Part shown: piece after piece, positions 29,592 to 38,903 of the stretch
Layout: each line of letters begins with the position of its first letter
Numbering within the stretch: position 1 is the first letter of the stretch
NCBI GenBank assembly: GCA_026985095.1
Contig: JALSQW010000008.1
Location: forward strand, 50,470-114,469
Length of the DNA: 64,000 bases
Reading direction: 5' to 3'
DNA from: Acidimicrobiia bacterium
Lineage (GTDB): Bacteria > Actinomycetota > Acidimicrobiia > Spongiisociales > UBA5794
The notes under the pieces: model-generated
What the model was told of the DNA's origin: nothing
Seen by the model: the letters and a program-made list of their open reading frames with translations, nothing else
The model's database searches: none
Program-made: the position numbers and the translations under genes

Positions 29592-29618
29592 CTCACCGTC
29601 GCTATCGTCAACGGTCCC

Positions 29619-29714
29619 ATGCGCCCCGTCACCTCGATCGTCCTCGTCGTCCTGCTCGCCCTGATCGTCGGGGCGTTCCTCGTCAAGCTCCTCACCTCCG
29701 GTTTCACGCCGTAG
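29619..29714 (+). CDS. small membrane peptide (31 aa)
   Basis: MRPVTSIVLVVLLALIVGAFLVKLLTSGFTP; high GC3; fills an intergenic gap; below ORF-track cutoff. Confidence 0.5.
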   Translation: MRPVTSIVLVVLLALIVGAFLVKLLTSGFTP

Positions 29715-30585
29715 AGGGCGGTTCCCCCGGTTCGGCACCGGCCGGAGCGGCCGGGCTCAGGTCGATCCGCCGGATCCTCGGGCGCCGGAACGTCACCGCG
29801 ACCCGCTCTGCCACCGGGAACCGGTCCTCCGCCCGACCTCCGTTCACGGCGATCGCCATCTGCCCGACCGAGTCCACATGGACGAGGCCCTCGCCGGAAG
29901 GCACCGCTCCGTAGGCGCTCGACCAACGCACCGAGTGGGACGTCCCCCCGATCTCGATCTCGACGTCGTCGCCGGGCCCGAGACCCAACGCCGCCAGGTC
30001 GGCCGGCGACACGTTCGTCTGGGCGTTGCCGAAGGCGTCGACCCACAGGACCTCCCCGAGGATGCCGCCCCGGCCGTCGGGTTCCGCCAGGGGGATCATC
30101 AACGGCACGACCGTCTCGGGATCGATCACCGGGCCCAGATCACCGATGTCGGCCTCGCCCGAGGCGAGCACGGCGGCCGCCGGGGCGAAGACGTCCCGGC
30201 CGGCGAACGTGGCGCCCTCGGCCGGGATCTGGAACCGGGGATCCTCGATGGACACCATCAAGTCGGCGCCTCCCACCATGGCCACCGCCGGCGCCAACAG
30301 GCCGTTGTCGGGACCGACGAAACAGCCCCACGGGGTACGGGCCGCCAGGGCCCGGCGCTCCGTGCCCACACCGGGGTCGACCACCGCCAGGGCCACGCCC
30401 TCGGGCAGGTACTGGATGGCCCGGACGAGGGCGAGGGCAGCCGCCCTCACGTTGCCACGCGGGAAGCGGTGACCCACGTCGATGACCCTGACGTCGGGGG
30501 CGACCTTGGCGATCACCCCATGCACGACACCGACGAACTCGTCGTCGAGACCGAAGTCGGACAGGAACGAGATGGGGACCGTCAC
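29704..30585 (-). CDS. SAM hydroxide adenosyltransferase (DUF62, chlorinase/fluorinase family)
   Basis: LSDFG, AVVDPGVGTERR, GPDNG, TFAGRDVFAP, VDAFGN. Confidence 0.9.
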   Translation of the reverse strand: MTVPISFLSDFGLDDEFVGVVHGVIAKVAPDVRVIDVGHRFPRGNVRAAALALVRAIQYLPEGVALAVVDPGVGTERRALAARTPWGCFVGPDNGLLAPAVAMVGGADLMVSIEDPRFQIPAEGATFAGRDVFAPAAAVLASGEADIGDLGPVIDPETVVPLMIPLAEPDGRGGILGEVLWVDAFGNAQTNVSPADLAALGLGPGDDVEIEIGGTSHSVRWSSAYGAVPSGEGLVHVDSVGQMAIAVNGGRAEDRFPVAERVAVTFRRPRIRRIDLSPAAPAGAEPGEPPSTA

Positions 30586-31526
30586 CGGGCAGCTCCACGC
30601 TCGTCACGGCCAGGGAACCAGCCGGCACGCCCCACCGCCGAAGGGAGCGGCTTGCCGAGGCGAGCACCGAGCCAGTGCCCGGTCTCGATGATCGCCGCCG
30701 GATCGAAGCCCGTCGCCACGTTGGATCGGCGCAGCAGGTACAAGAGGTCCTCCGTGGCCACGTTGCCCGTGGCGTTCGGAGCGAACGGACATCCGCCGGC
30801 GCCACCGACGGACGCGTCGAGCACCTCCACGCCGAACTCGACCGCCGCCATCGCGTTGGCGATCCCGGTGTTCCGCGTGTCGTGGAAATGGCACCGCAAC
30901 GTCGCATGCCCGATCGACCCGTCGACGGCCGCCAGGCGACGCCGAACGTCCATCGGGACGGCGACACCGATCGTGTCGGCAAGGGCGATCTCGTCGGCAC
31001 CGACGACCGCCGCCCGACGAGCCAGATCGACCACCCGGTTCGGGTCGACCTCGCCTTCGTACGGGCAACCGAACGACACCGAGATCGTCACCGTCGTCCG
31101 GCGACCCGCATCCGAAGCGAGCGGGACCATCGCTTCGATGTCGGCCATCGTGTCCTCCGGCGACACGCCGGCGTTCGCCCGGTTGAACCCGTCGGTCGCG
31201 CCGACGACGAAGTTGATCTCGTCGACGGAGGTGGCCAGTGCCCGCTCCAGGCCGCGCCGGTTGAGGACCAGCCCGATGAACGACACGCCCTCCGGGCTGG
31301 AACCGAGCGCCTCGAGCACCGCCTCGGCGTCGGCCATCTGCGGCACCCGGCGAGGATGCACGAAACTGGCGACCTCGAGACGTTTGGCCCCGGCGGCCAT
31401 CAGTCTGCGGATCAGCTCGACCTTGTCGGCGGTCGCCAGGACCGCGTCTTCGTTCTGGAGCCCGTCCCTGGCCCCGACCTCCACGATCTGGACGTGCTCG
31501 GGGAGCGCCCGACCGGCTCCGGTCAC
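30582..31526 (-). CDS. hydroxymethylglutaryl-CoA lyase
   Basis: EVGARDGLQNE, HFHDTR, GGCPFAPNATGNVATED. Confidence 0.92.
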   Translation of the reverse strand: MTGAGRALPEHVQIVEVGARDGLQNEDAVLATADKVELIRRLMAAGAKRLEVASFVHPRRVPQMADAEAVLEALGSSPEGVSFIGLVLNRRGLERALATSVDEINFVVGATDGFNRANAGVSPEDTMADIEAMVPLASDAGRRTTVTISVSFGCPYEGEVDPNRVVDLARRAAVVGADEIALADTIGVAVPMDVRRRLAAVDGSIGHATLRCHFHDTRNTGIANAMAAVEFGVEVLDASVGGAGGCPFAPNATGNVATEDLLYLLRRSNVATGFDPAAIIETGHWLGARLGKPLPSAVGRAGWFPGRDERGAAR

Positions 31527-32638
31527 AGGTTCCCTCGCTTCGCCTGCTCCCGTTCGATCGCCTCGAACAACGCCTTGAAGTTCCCGGCGCCGAACCCGAC
31601 CGCCCCGCGCCGTTCGATGAACTCGAAGAACACCGTCGGACGGTCCTGGAGCATCCGGGTGAAGACCTGGAGCAGGTGACCGCCCTCGTCCTCGTCGACG
31701 AGGAGCCGCAGGCGTCGGATCCGGTCCCAGTCGACGTCCAGATCCGGCATCCGTTCGCGGGCCTGCGGGTAGTACTCGTCGGGAACGTAGATGGTCTCGA
31801 GCCCACGACGATGGACGGTCTCCATCGTCGCCTGCAGGTCATCGGTCGCCATCGCCACGTGCTGGACGCCCGGCGACCGGTAGAACATGAGGTACTCCTC
31901 GATCTGGGAACGGCGGCGACCGTCGGCGGGCTCGTTGATGGGTAGCTTGACGATGCCGTCGCCGTCCCACATGACCTTCGACATCAGCGCCGAGTACTCC
32001 GTCGAGATGGCGTCGTCGTCGAAGTGCTTCAGCATCGTGAACCCGAAGACGCGCTCGTAGAACTCGACCCATTCGTTCATCTTCCCGAGTTCGACGTTGG
32101 CGACGACATGGTCGATCGTGTGCAGGCCGGTCGGTTCGGCGATCGTGTCCTCGCGAGGTTCGAACCCGGGCATGGCGCCGTCGAGCTGCACGAGCGAGTG
32201 GACCGTGTCGCCGTAGGCGCGGATACCGGCGGCCACCATCAGGCCCCGGTCGTCTTCGATCACCGCCGGTTTCGAGGCGGCCTCCGCCCCGCGCTCGACG
32301 GCGAGTTCGAACGCGGCTTCGGCGTCGGGCACCGCGAACGCCACGTCGTGCACCCCCGGGCCGTGCAGACGAACGTGATCGGCGACCGGGTGATCGGGTC
32401 CCAGCGCCCCGGTGATCACGAACCGGATGTCGCCCGACTCCAGCAGGTACGACGCCGTCTCGGGAACTCCCGTCTCGGGGCCGCGGTATCCGACGATCCG
32501 GAAACCCAAGGCGAGCCGATGGAACATGGCCGTCTGGTAGGCGTTGGCGACCCACCATTCGAGATGGGAGAAGCCCTCGATCGGGAACGGATCCTTGGCG
32601 GCGTGCGCCCTGGCGCGGGCGCGCAGTCCATCGTCCAT
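31523..32638 (-). CDS. hppD: 4-hydroxyphenylpyruvate dioxygenase
   Basis: IDHVVAN, PINEP, SQIEEY, GVQHVA, LLQVFT, FFEFIER, GFGAGNFKALFE. Confidence 0.95.
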   Translation of the reverse strand: MDDGLRARARAHAAKDPFPIEGFSHLEWWVANAYQTAMFHRLALGFRIVGYRGPETGVPETASYLLESGDIRFVITGALGPDHPVADHVRLHGPGVHDVAFAVPDAEAAFELAVERGAEAASKPAVIEDDRGLMVAAGIRAYGDTVHSLVQLDGAMPGFEPREDTIAEPTGLHTIDHVVANVELGKMNEWVEFYERVFGFTMLKHFDDDAISTEYSALMSKVMWDGDGIVKLPINEPADGRRRSQIEEYLMFYRSPGVQHVAMATDDLQATMETVHRRGLETIYVPDEYYPQARERMPDLDVDWDRIRRLRLLVDEDEGGHLLQVFTRMLQDRPTVFFEFIERRGAVGFGAGNFKALFEAIEREQAKRGNL

Positions 32639-32756
32639 GCGGGAACCCTCCGGCTCGTGGTTCGGTGTGGTCAGATTATCGCAGTCACCGCCGGCGAACG
32701 GGACGGCGCAGCGTCCGGTCCTGCCGTAGCATGAGCCCCGACGAACGAGGAGTCCC

Positions 32757-33923
32757 ATGCCGTACTACCGCTCGGTGGGCGACGTCCCACCCAAGCGCCA
32801 CACCCGATTCGTCCGCCCCGACGGCGGCCTGCACGCTGAGGAGCTCATGGGAGAGGAGGGGTTCTCGTTCGACTCCGCGCTCCTGTACCACCGCCGACCT
32901 CCGACCGCCCTCCGGGCCATCGAGGCGGTCGACTCCGAAGAACAGGAACGCACCCCCAACCATCCCCTCGCTCCACGCCACTTCCGGACCCACGAGCTCA
33001 AGGTCGGAGGCGACGTCGTGACGGGACGGCATCTGCTGCTCGCCAACGACGACGTCCGCATCTCGTACGTCGCCGCCGGCGACAGCTCGACCCTGTACAA
33101 GAACGCCACCGGCGACGAGCTGGTGTTCATCGAGGAGGGCGCCGGCACGCTCGAGACGGTCTTCGGAGCCCTGCCGTTCGGCCCCGGCGACTACGTGGTC
33201 ATCCCCGCCTCGACCATCCACCGCTGGGTCGTCGACGACGGCACGGTCCCGGTCCGTGCCCTGGTGGTCGAGACCTCCGGCCACGTCGGACCGCCCAGGC
33301 GCTACCTGTCCCGCAACGGCCAGTTCCTCGAGCACGCCCCCTACTGCGAGCGGGACCTGCACGGGCCCCACGAGCCGCTCCTCGTCGACGGCGAGGACGT
33401 CGACGTCCTCGTCCGCCATCGGGGAGGCTGGACCCGCTTCCGGTACGCCACGCATCCGTTCGACGTCGTGGGATGGGACGGTTGCCTGTACCCGTACACG
33501 CTGTCGATCCACGATTTCGAACCCATCACCGGCCGCATCCATCAACCCCCTCCGGTCCATCAGACCTTCGAAGCTCCCAACGTGGTCGTGTGCTCCTTCG
33601 TGCCCCGGTTGTTCGACTATCACCCCGACGCCATCCCGGCGCCGTACAACCACTCGAACGTCGACTCCGACGAGGTCCTCTTCTACGTCGAGGGCAACTT
33701 CATGTCCCGCAAGGGCTCCGGCATCGAGGCGGGGTCGGTGTCGCTCCATCCGGCGGGTCACACTCACGGGCCGCAGCCCGGTTCGGTCGAAGCCAGCATC
33801 GGGCAGGCCGGCACCGAGGAGGTCGCGGTGATGATCGACACCTTCCGGCCCCTCGACCTCGGGCCCGGAGCACGCGACAGCGAAGACGACCGGTACGCCT
33901 GGACCTGGCTCGAGGGCAGGTGA
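32757..33923 (+). CDS. hmgA: homogentisate 1,2-dioxygenase
   Basis: PPKRHT, HQPPPVH, PYNHSNVDSDE, HPAGHTHGPQPG. Confidence 0.93.
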   Translation: MPYYRSVGDVPPKRHTRFVRPDGGLHAEELMGEEGFSFDSALLYHRRPPTALRAIEAVDSEEQERTPNHPLAPRHFRTHELKVGGDVVTGRHLLLANDDVRISYVAAGDSSTLYKNATGDELVFIEEGAGTLETVFGALPFGPGDYVVIPASTIHRWVVDDGTVPVRALVVETSGHVGPPRRYLSRNGQFLEHAPYCERDLHGPHEPLLVDGEDVDVLVRHRGGWTRFRYATHPFDVVGWDGCLYPYTLSIHDFEPITGRIHQPPPVHQTFEAPNVVVCSFVPRLFDYHPDAIPAPYNHSNVDSDEVLFYVEGNFMSRKGSGIEAGSVSLHPAGHTHGPQPGSVEASIGQAGTEEVAVMIDTFRPLDLGPGARDSEDDRYAWTWLEGR

Positions 33924-34864
33924 CCGCACCGCTGATGATCGACCCCGGCGCGACCCTCTTCGGGCGCCTCGTCGATCATGCCGGGCTCCTCCCGCCGGCG
34001 CCGCTGGACATGCAGACCGCGGTCGCCGCGTACCGGCATGCCCGCACCGGGCCGGGCTCGTGGATCGTCGGACGTTTCCTCGTCCCCGCCACCAAGCTGG
34101 AGGAACTCGCGACGGTCCTGGTCACGACCATGACCGCCCGAGAACGCCCATGGGAGGTCGGTGTCGTCGTCGACACCGACCTCGGGTCGGCCGTCGCGAC
34201 TGCGGCCGCGTTCCACCGCGAGCTCCACCCCGGGGCGTCGATCGTCACCGCCGAAGCCCGCCTCGACGGCGGCGCCGACGGCGCCGCCGTCGAGCGGATC
34301 CATCGCGCCCTGGGAGCGATCGCCGACGACGTCGCCGCCTTCGTGGAGGTCGACGTCACCGGGCCGGCAGCCCGCGTCGCACACGACGTGACGACGGCCG
34401 CCGAGACGATCACGCGATCCCATCGGCCCGGTGGGGTGGCGTTGCGCGGGGAAGGCCCGACGCCCGACCAGAACCCGGCACCCGACGCCGTCGCCGCCTT
34501 CGTGACCTCGGCCACCGCCGCCGGGGTCCCGTTCAAGGCCACCGCCGGGCTAGACCATCCCATCCGATGCGACGACGCCTCCCGCGGCGCGACCCACCAC
34601 GGCTTCGTCAACCTGCTCGTCGCCGCCGCCCTCGCCATCGACGACGCCCCCTCCGACGTCGTCACGGCGGCGGTCGCCGACACCGATCGCTCCGCCTTCG
34701 GCCTCAGCCTCGGCGGGTTCCGCTGGCGCGACCGGCGGTTCACCTCGACGACGTTGCAGCGAACGCGGTCACGAGGCCTGATCGGGTACGGCTCGCGGGA
34801 CCTCGCCTCACCCGTCGCCGAGCTCGCGGCCATGGGCCTCATCGCGGCCGAGGGGATGCGATGA
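33920..34864 (+). CDS. hypothetical protein between hmgA and fahA
   Basis: LVDHAGLLPPA, PFKATAGL, HGFVNLL; translationally coupled on both sides. Confidence 0.75.
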   Translation: MTAPLMIDPGATLFGRLVDHAGLLPPAPLDMQTAVAAYRHARTGPGSWIVGRFLVPATKLEELATVLVTTMTARERPWEVGVVVDTDLGSAVATAAAFHRELHPGASIVTAEARLDGGADGAAVERIHRALGAIADDVAAFVEVDVTGPAARVAHDVTTAAETITRSHRPGGVALRGEGPTPDQNPAPDAVAAFVTSATAAGVPFKATAGLDHPIRCDDASRGATHHGFVNLLVAAALAIDDAPSDVVTAAVADTDRSAFGLSLGGFRWRDRRFTSTTLQRTRSRGLIGYGSRDLASPVAELAAMGLIAAEGMR

Positions 34865-36105
34865 CGAGCTGGCTCGAGATCCCCGAGGGAACCGACTTCC
34901 CCATCCAGAACCTCCCGTACGGGGTGGCCGAGCACCGCGGGCGGACCGGTGTCGTGGTGGCCATCGGGGACCAGGTCGTGGATCTGGCCGCGCTCGCCGC
35001 CGCCGGGACGTTCCCTGACGTCCCACCCGGCACCTTCGACCGGGATTCCCTCGATCGTTTCATGGCGCTCGGCCGTCCCGTCTGGCGGTCGGTCCGTTCC
35101 CGGCTCACCGACCTCCTCGCCACCGGCAACGACCCGCGTCGACGGCGCCAGGTGGAGGCAGCGCTCATCCCCATGGACGACGTCACCATGCGCCGGCCCA
35201 TCCAGGTCGGCGACTACGTCGACTTCTTCTCGTCCATCCATCACGCCACGAACGTGGGGCGCCTCTTCCGGCCCGACGCCGAGCCGCTCCTCCCCAACTG
35301 GCGCCACCTCCCGGTCGGGTACCACGGACGGTCCGGCACCATCGTGGTGGACGGCACGCCGATCGGCCGGCCCTCCGGGCAACGCCTCGATCCGACCACG
35401 GGACGACCCACCTTCGGCCCCACCGACGCCCTCGACTTCGAGCTCGAGGTCGGGTTCGTCACCGGAACCGGCAACGTCGCAGGTCGACCGATCCCGGTCG
35501 ACGAGGCGGAACGTCACATCTTCGGGCTCGTTCTCGTCAACGACTGGTCGGCCCGCGATCTCCAGGCGTGGGAGTCCCGCCCCCTCGGCCCCTTCCTCGG
35601 CAAGTCGTTCGCCACGACCATCTCACCGTGGATCGTTCCGCTCGACGCGCTCGCTCCGTTCCGGGTTCCGGCACCTCCCCAGGACCCCGAACCGCTCCCC
35701 CATCTCCGTCCGCGGCAGCGCCTCGCGCTCGACATCCGACTCGAAGTCGAGATCGTCCCGGCCGGAGCCGCCGCCGGGACCGTCGTCACCCGCACCGGCT
35801 TCGCCGACATGTACTGGACGATGGACCAACAACTGGCCCATGCGACATCCAATGGCGCCACGGTACGGCCCGGCGACCTGTTCGCCTCCGGAACCGTGTC
35901 CGGCCCGACACCCGACAGCCTCGGATGCCTCCTCGAGCTCACCGAGGCGGGTCGCCGGCCCCTCCGCCTCGCCGACGGGACCGAACGGCGCTATCTCCAC
36001 GACGGCGACACGGTCGTGATGCGGGGATGGTGTGGCCGAGGCTCGTCCCGCATCGGCTTCGGATCGTGTCGCGGCACCGTCGTGGCGTCCTCCAGCCGGA
36101 CGTGA
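34861..36105 (+). CDS. fahA: fumarylacetoacetase
   Basis: FPIQNLPYG, GDYVDFFSSIHHA, LDFELE, NDWSARD, PLGPFLGKSF, SGTVSG. Confidence 0.95.
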   Translation: MTSWLEIPEGTDFPIQNLPYGVAEHRGRTGVVVAIGDQVVDLAALAAAGTFPDVPPGTFDRDSLDRFMALGRPVWRSVRSRLTDLLATGNDPRRRRQVEAALIPMDDVTMRRPIQVGDYVDFFSSIHHATNVGRLFRPDAEPLLPNWRHLPVGYHGRSGTIVVDGTPIGRPSGQRLDPTTGRPTFGPTDALDFELEVGFVTGTGNVAGRPIPVDEAERHIFGLVLVNDWSARDLQAWESRPLGPFLGKSFATTISPWIVPLDALAPFRVPAPPQDPEPLPHLRPRQRLALDIRLEVEIVPAGAAAGTVVTRTGFADMYWTMDQQLAHATSNGATVRPGDLFASGTVSGPTPDSLGCLLELTEAGRRPLRLADGTERRYLHDGDTVVMRGWCGRGSSRIGFGSCRGTVVASSSRT

Positions 36106-36143
36106 CGACGAGCCTCGACGCCACTCGGCTAGCCTCGCCTCCA

Positions 36144-37130
36144 ATGGCCATCCTCAGACTGTTCGCCAACCTCCGCGAGGCAGCCGGGACCTCGAACATC
36201 GAGATCCCCGGCGAAACCGTCGGCGACGTGCTCGCCGAGGCGGAACGGCGATTCGGAGATCGCTTCGCCGCCGGCCTGACGACCGCCCGGGTCTGGGTCA
36301 ACGGCGAGCAGGCCGACCCGACGACCTCGGTGTCCGACCGGGACGAGGTCGCCCTCATCCCGCCGGTCTCGGGCGGCGCCACCGCCACCCGCCTCGGCGC
36401 CGACCCCAACGTGCTCCCCCTCGTGCTCCTCACGGCGTTGATCATCGCGGCGTGGATCCCCCCACGGTGGTTCGTCATCGTGGCCGCCGGCGCGGTGCTC
36501 GCCTGGGCGTGGGACCTCCACGACACCGCCGCCGTTCGAGGAACCGCCCTACCCCTCTACCCCCTGATGGTGGCGCCCGTCGCGGGGGCGGTCGCCGCCT
36601 ACGCCTGGGGTCTGCCCGGATACGCCGGTGGTGTCGCCTTCGCCATCCTCCTCTCCGCCGCGTGGCCGGTCTTCGACGCCGCCGCCCGCCCCGTCCCGAC
36701 GATGGCCGTCACGATGACGGTGACGACGATCGGCGCCATCGCCTCGGGTGCCCTCGTGCTGCTCAAGCTCACGTCGACCACCGCCGTCGTGGCCTTCGTG
36801 ATCGTCACCGTCGTCGGCGTCGTCGCCGCCGCCCTCGCCCAGGTGTACGGGACGACGATCCAGTCGATCGACCCGAACGTCGGCGCGCTGCTCGGCGCCC
36901 TCGTCGCGGGGGTCGTCGTCGGATCGGTCGTCTCCGGGATCGAACTGGCCGCCGCCATGCTCGCCGCGGTGTTCGGCGCCGCCGGGTTGATCGCCGGGCG
37001 TGCCTTCGGATCGATCCTCCGCCTTGGAGCGGTCGTCCACACCGTGCGGCCCCCCGGGCGACTCAGCGTCGTCGACGGGATCATGGTCGCCGCGCCGTTG
37101 TTCTGGCTGGCCTTGTGGGTCTTCGGCTGA
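36144..37130 (+). CDS. MoaD/ThiS ubiquitin-like domain fused to a multi-TM membrane domain
   Basis: LRLFANLREAAG...DEVALIPPVSGG continues in frame into ~240 aa of TM helices. Confidence 0.8.
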   Translation: MAILRLFANLREAAGTSNIEIPGETVGDVLAEAERRFGDRFAAGLTTARVWVNGEQADPTTSVSDRDEVALIPPVSGGATATRLGADPNVLPLVLLTALIIAAWIPPRWFVIVAAGAVLAWAWDLHDTAAVRGTALPLYPLMVAPVAGAVAAYAWGLPGYAGGVAFAILLSAAWPVFDAAARPVPTMAVTMTVTTIGAIASGALVLLKLTSTTAVVAFVIVTVVGVVAAALAQVYGTTIQSIDPNVGALLGALVAGVVVGSVVSGIELAAAMLAAVFGAAGLIAGRAFGSILRLGAVVHTVRPPGRLSVVDGIMVAAPLFWLALWVFG

Positions 37131-37180
37131 GGACCGCAACGACCGGCGTTCTCTCCGAACCCCGCTAGCCTCGGCGTCAC

Positions 37181-38335
37181 ATGTCGCGTTCTCGGTTCGT
37201 CCGAAGCCTCATCCCCGTGCTCTCGATCGCCTTGCTGTCGGTCGTGCCGATCGGCGCGTCCGCACAGACCAAGAGCGACGTCGACCGCGCCGAACGGGGG
37301 CTCGAACAGGCCCAGGAGCAGAAGGCAGCCGCCTACCGGCGCTACATCGCGGCACAGAACGACCTCGAGGTGGCCGTCAGCCGCTACGAGGAGATCAACG
37401 AGCAGCTCGAGGACCTGACCTACCGGATCGCCCAGCTCTACGACCGCATCACGGCCTACGAGACCGAGGCCGGTGACCTCCGCGACCAAGCCCGCGAGCT
37501 CGTCCTCGAGGCCTACACGAGCGGCGGCACCGGACTGATGACCGTGGCCTTCGAAGCCGGCTCCATCCAGGACCTGCTCACCTCCCAGGTACTCATCGAT
37601 CGGGCCACCACCCGCGACCTGGCCGACCTCGATCGCCTCGATGCCGTCCGCCGGGACATGGACCGTCAACGGGCCGAGCTCGCCGACAAGGAAGCGGAGG
37701 TGAAGGTCCTCGAGGAGGAGGCCAACGCCCTGGTCGAGCAGATGGCCGAACTGTTCGACGCCGCGGAGCACGCCTATCAGGACGCGTCGGCCGCCGAACG
37801 CAAGGCGATCGACAAGCTGCGCAAGGAGAAGGCCGAGTTCAAGGCCGCCGAGGCTCGACGCAAGGCCCAGCAGGCGGCACGGGCCCGCATGAACGCCAGC
37901 GGTGCCGCGGCCGGCCTTCCGCCCGAAGCGACGCCCGGGTTCAAATGCCCCGTCCAAGGACGGACGTCGTTCATCAACTCGTGGGGTTTCCCCCGCTCGG
38001 GAGGCCGGAAGCACAAGGGGACCGACATGTTCGCCGCCCGGGGCACGCCGGTGCAGGCGGTCGTCGACGGCACCGTCAAGTTCCGCACCGTCAACCTGGG
38101 CGGCACCGTGGCCTACGTCTACGGCGACGACGGCAACAAGTACTACTACGCCCACCTGGACGGGTACGTGTCGGGGATCGCCGACGGTCAGCGAGTCAGG
38201 GCCGGGACGGCGATCGGCTACGTCGGGAACTCCGGCAACGCCCGGTACACCTCCCCCCACCTCCATTTCGAGATCCGCGTCGACCGCACCAAGTCGGTGA
38301 ACCCCTACCCGACCGTGCGCTACTACTGTCCGTGA
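37181..38335 (+). CDS. coiled-coil M23 family peptidoglycan endopeptidase
   Basis: Signal peptide, coiled coil, HKGTD, YAHL, PHLHFE. Confidence 0.92.
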   Translation: MSRSRFVRSLIPVLSIALLSVVPIGASAQTKSDVDRAERGLEQAQEQKAAAYRRYIAAQNDLEVAVSRYEEINEQLEDLTYRIAQLYDRITAYETEAGDLRDQARELVLEAYTSGGTGLMTVAFEAGSIQDLLTSQVLIDRATTRDLADLDRLDAVRRDMDRQRAELADKEAEVKVLEEEANALVEQMAELFDAAEHAYQDASAAERKAIDKLRKEKAEFKAAEARRKAQQAARARMNASGAAAGLPPEATPGFKCPVQGRTSFINSWGFPRSGGRKHKGTDMFAARGTPVQAVVDGTVKFRTVNLGGTVAYVYGDDGNKYYYAHLDGYVSGIADGQRVRAGTAIGYVGNSGNARYTSPHLHFEIRVDRTKSVNPYPTVRYYCP

Positions 38336-38357
38336 TCAGCGCATCGAGGACGGGACC

Positions 38358-38900
38358 GTGGATCTGAACCGTAGACGCATCGACCAGGTGGCCGACCCGG
38401 ACTTCCTCGCCGAGCTCGGCTCGGTGTCTCTCGACGAGCTGCGGGAACGGCGCCGGGTCCTCGGCGACCTCGACACCGAACTGTCCTACTACCGTCGGCT
38501 CCTGCACGGCCGCATGGATCTGTTGGCGTTCGAGATGCGCCGCCGGCGGGGCGAAGAACAGCGAAGCCTGATCGAGGCACTCCCCGACATCCTCGCCGAT
38601 CACGATGGACCGGACGCCGCGAGCAGCCTCCCCAAGGAGCTCCCGATCGAAGCGCCGAGCATCCCGGAGACCGGTCGCCGGGCCGTCGATCGCGCCCTTG
38701 CCGACGACTTCCTGGCCCGCCTCCCGTCCTTGGCCGACGCCGAACTGGAGGAGATCCAGGCCGGCCTGACCGAGGTGGAACGCGACATCTCCGCGCAACG
38801 CAACGTCGTGTACACCGCTCACGAAGCGATCCTCACGGAGCTCACGCGCCGCTACCGGGAGGGTCTCGCCGACGTCGACGGCCTCCTGTCGAGCCCCTGA
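38358..38900 (+). CDS. RsiG/AmfC-like anti-sigma factor
   Basis: LSYYRRLLHGRMDLL and ERDISAQR motifs, ELTRRYREG end. Confidence 0.75.
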   Translation: MDLNRRRIDQVADPDFLAELGSVSLDELRERRRVLGDLDTELSYYRRLLHGRMDLLAFEMRRRRGEEQRSLIEALPDILADHDGPDAASSLPKELPIEAPSIPETGRRAVDRALADDFLARLPSLADAELEEIQAGLTEVERDISAQRNVVYTAHEAILTELTRRYREGLADVDGLLSSP

Positions 38901-38903
38901 GCC

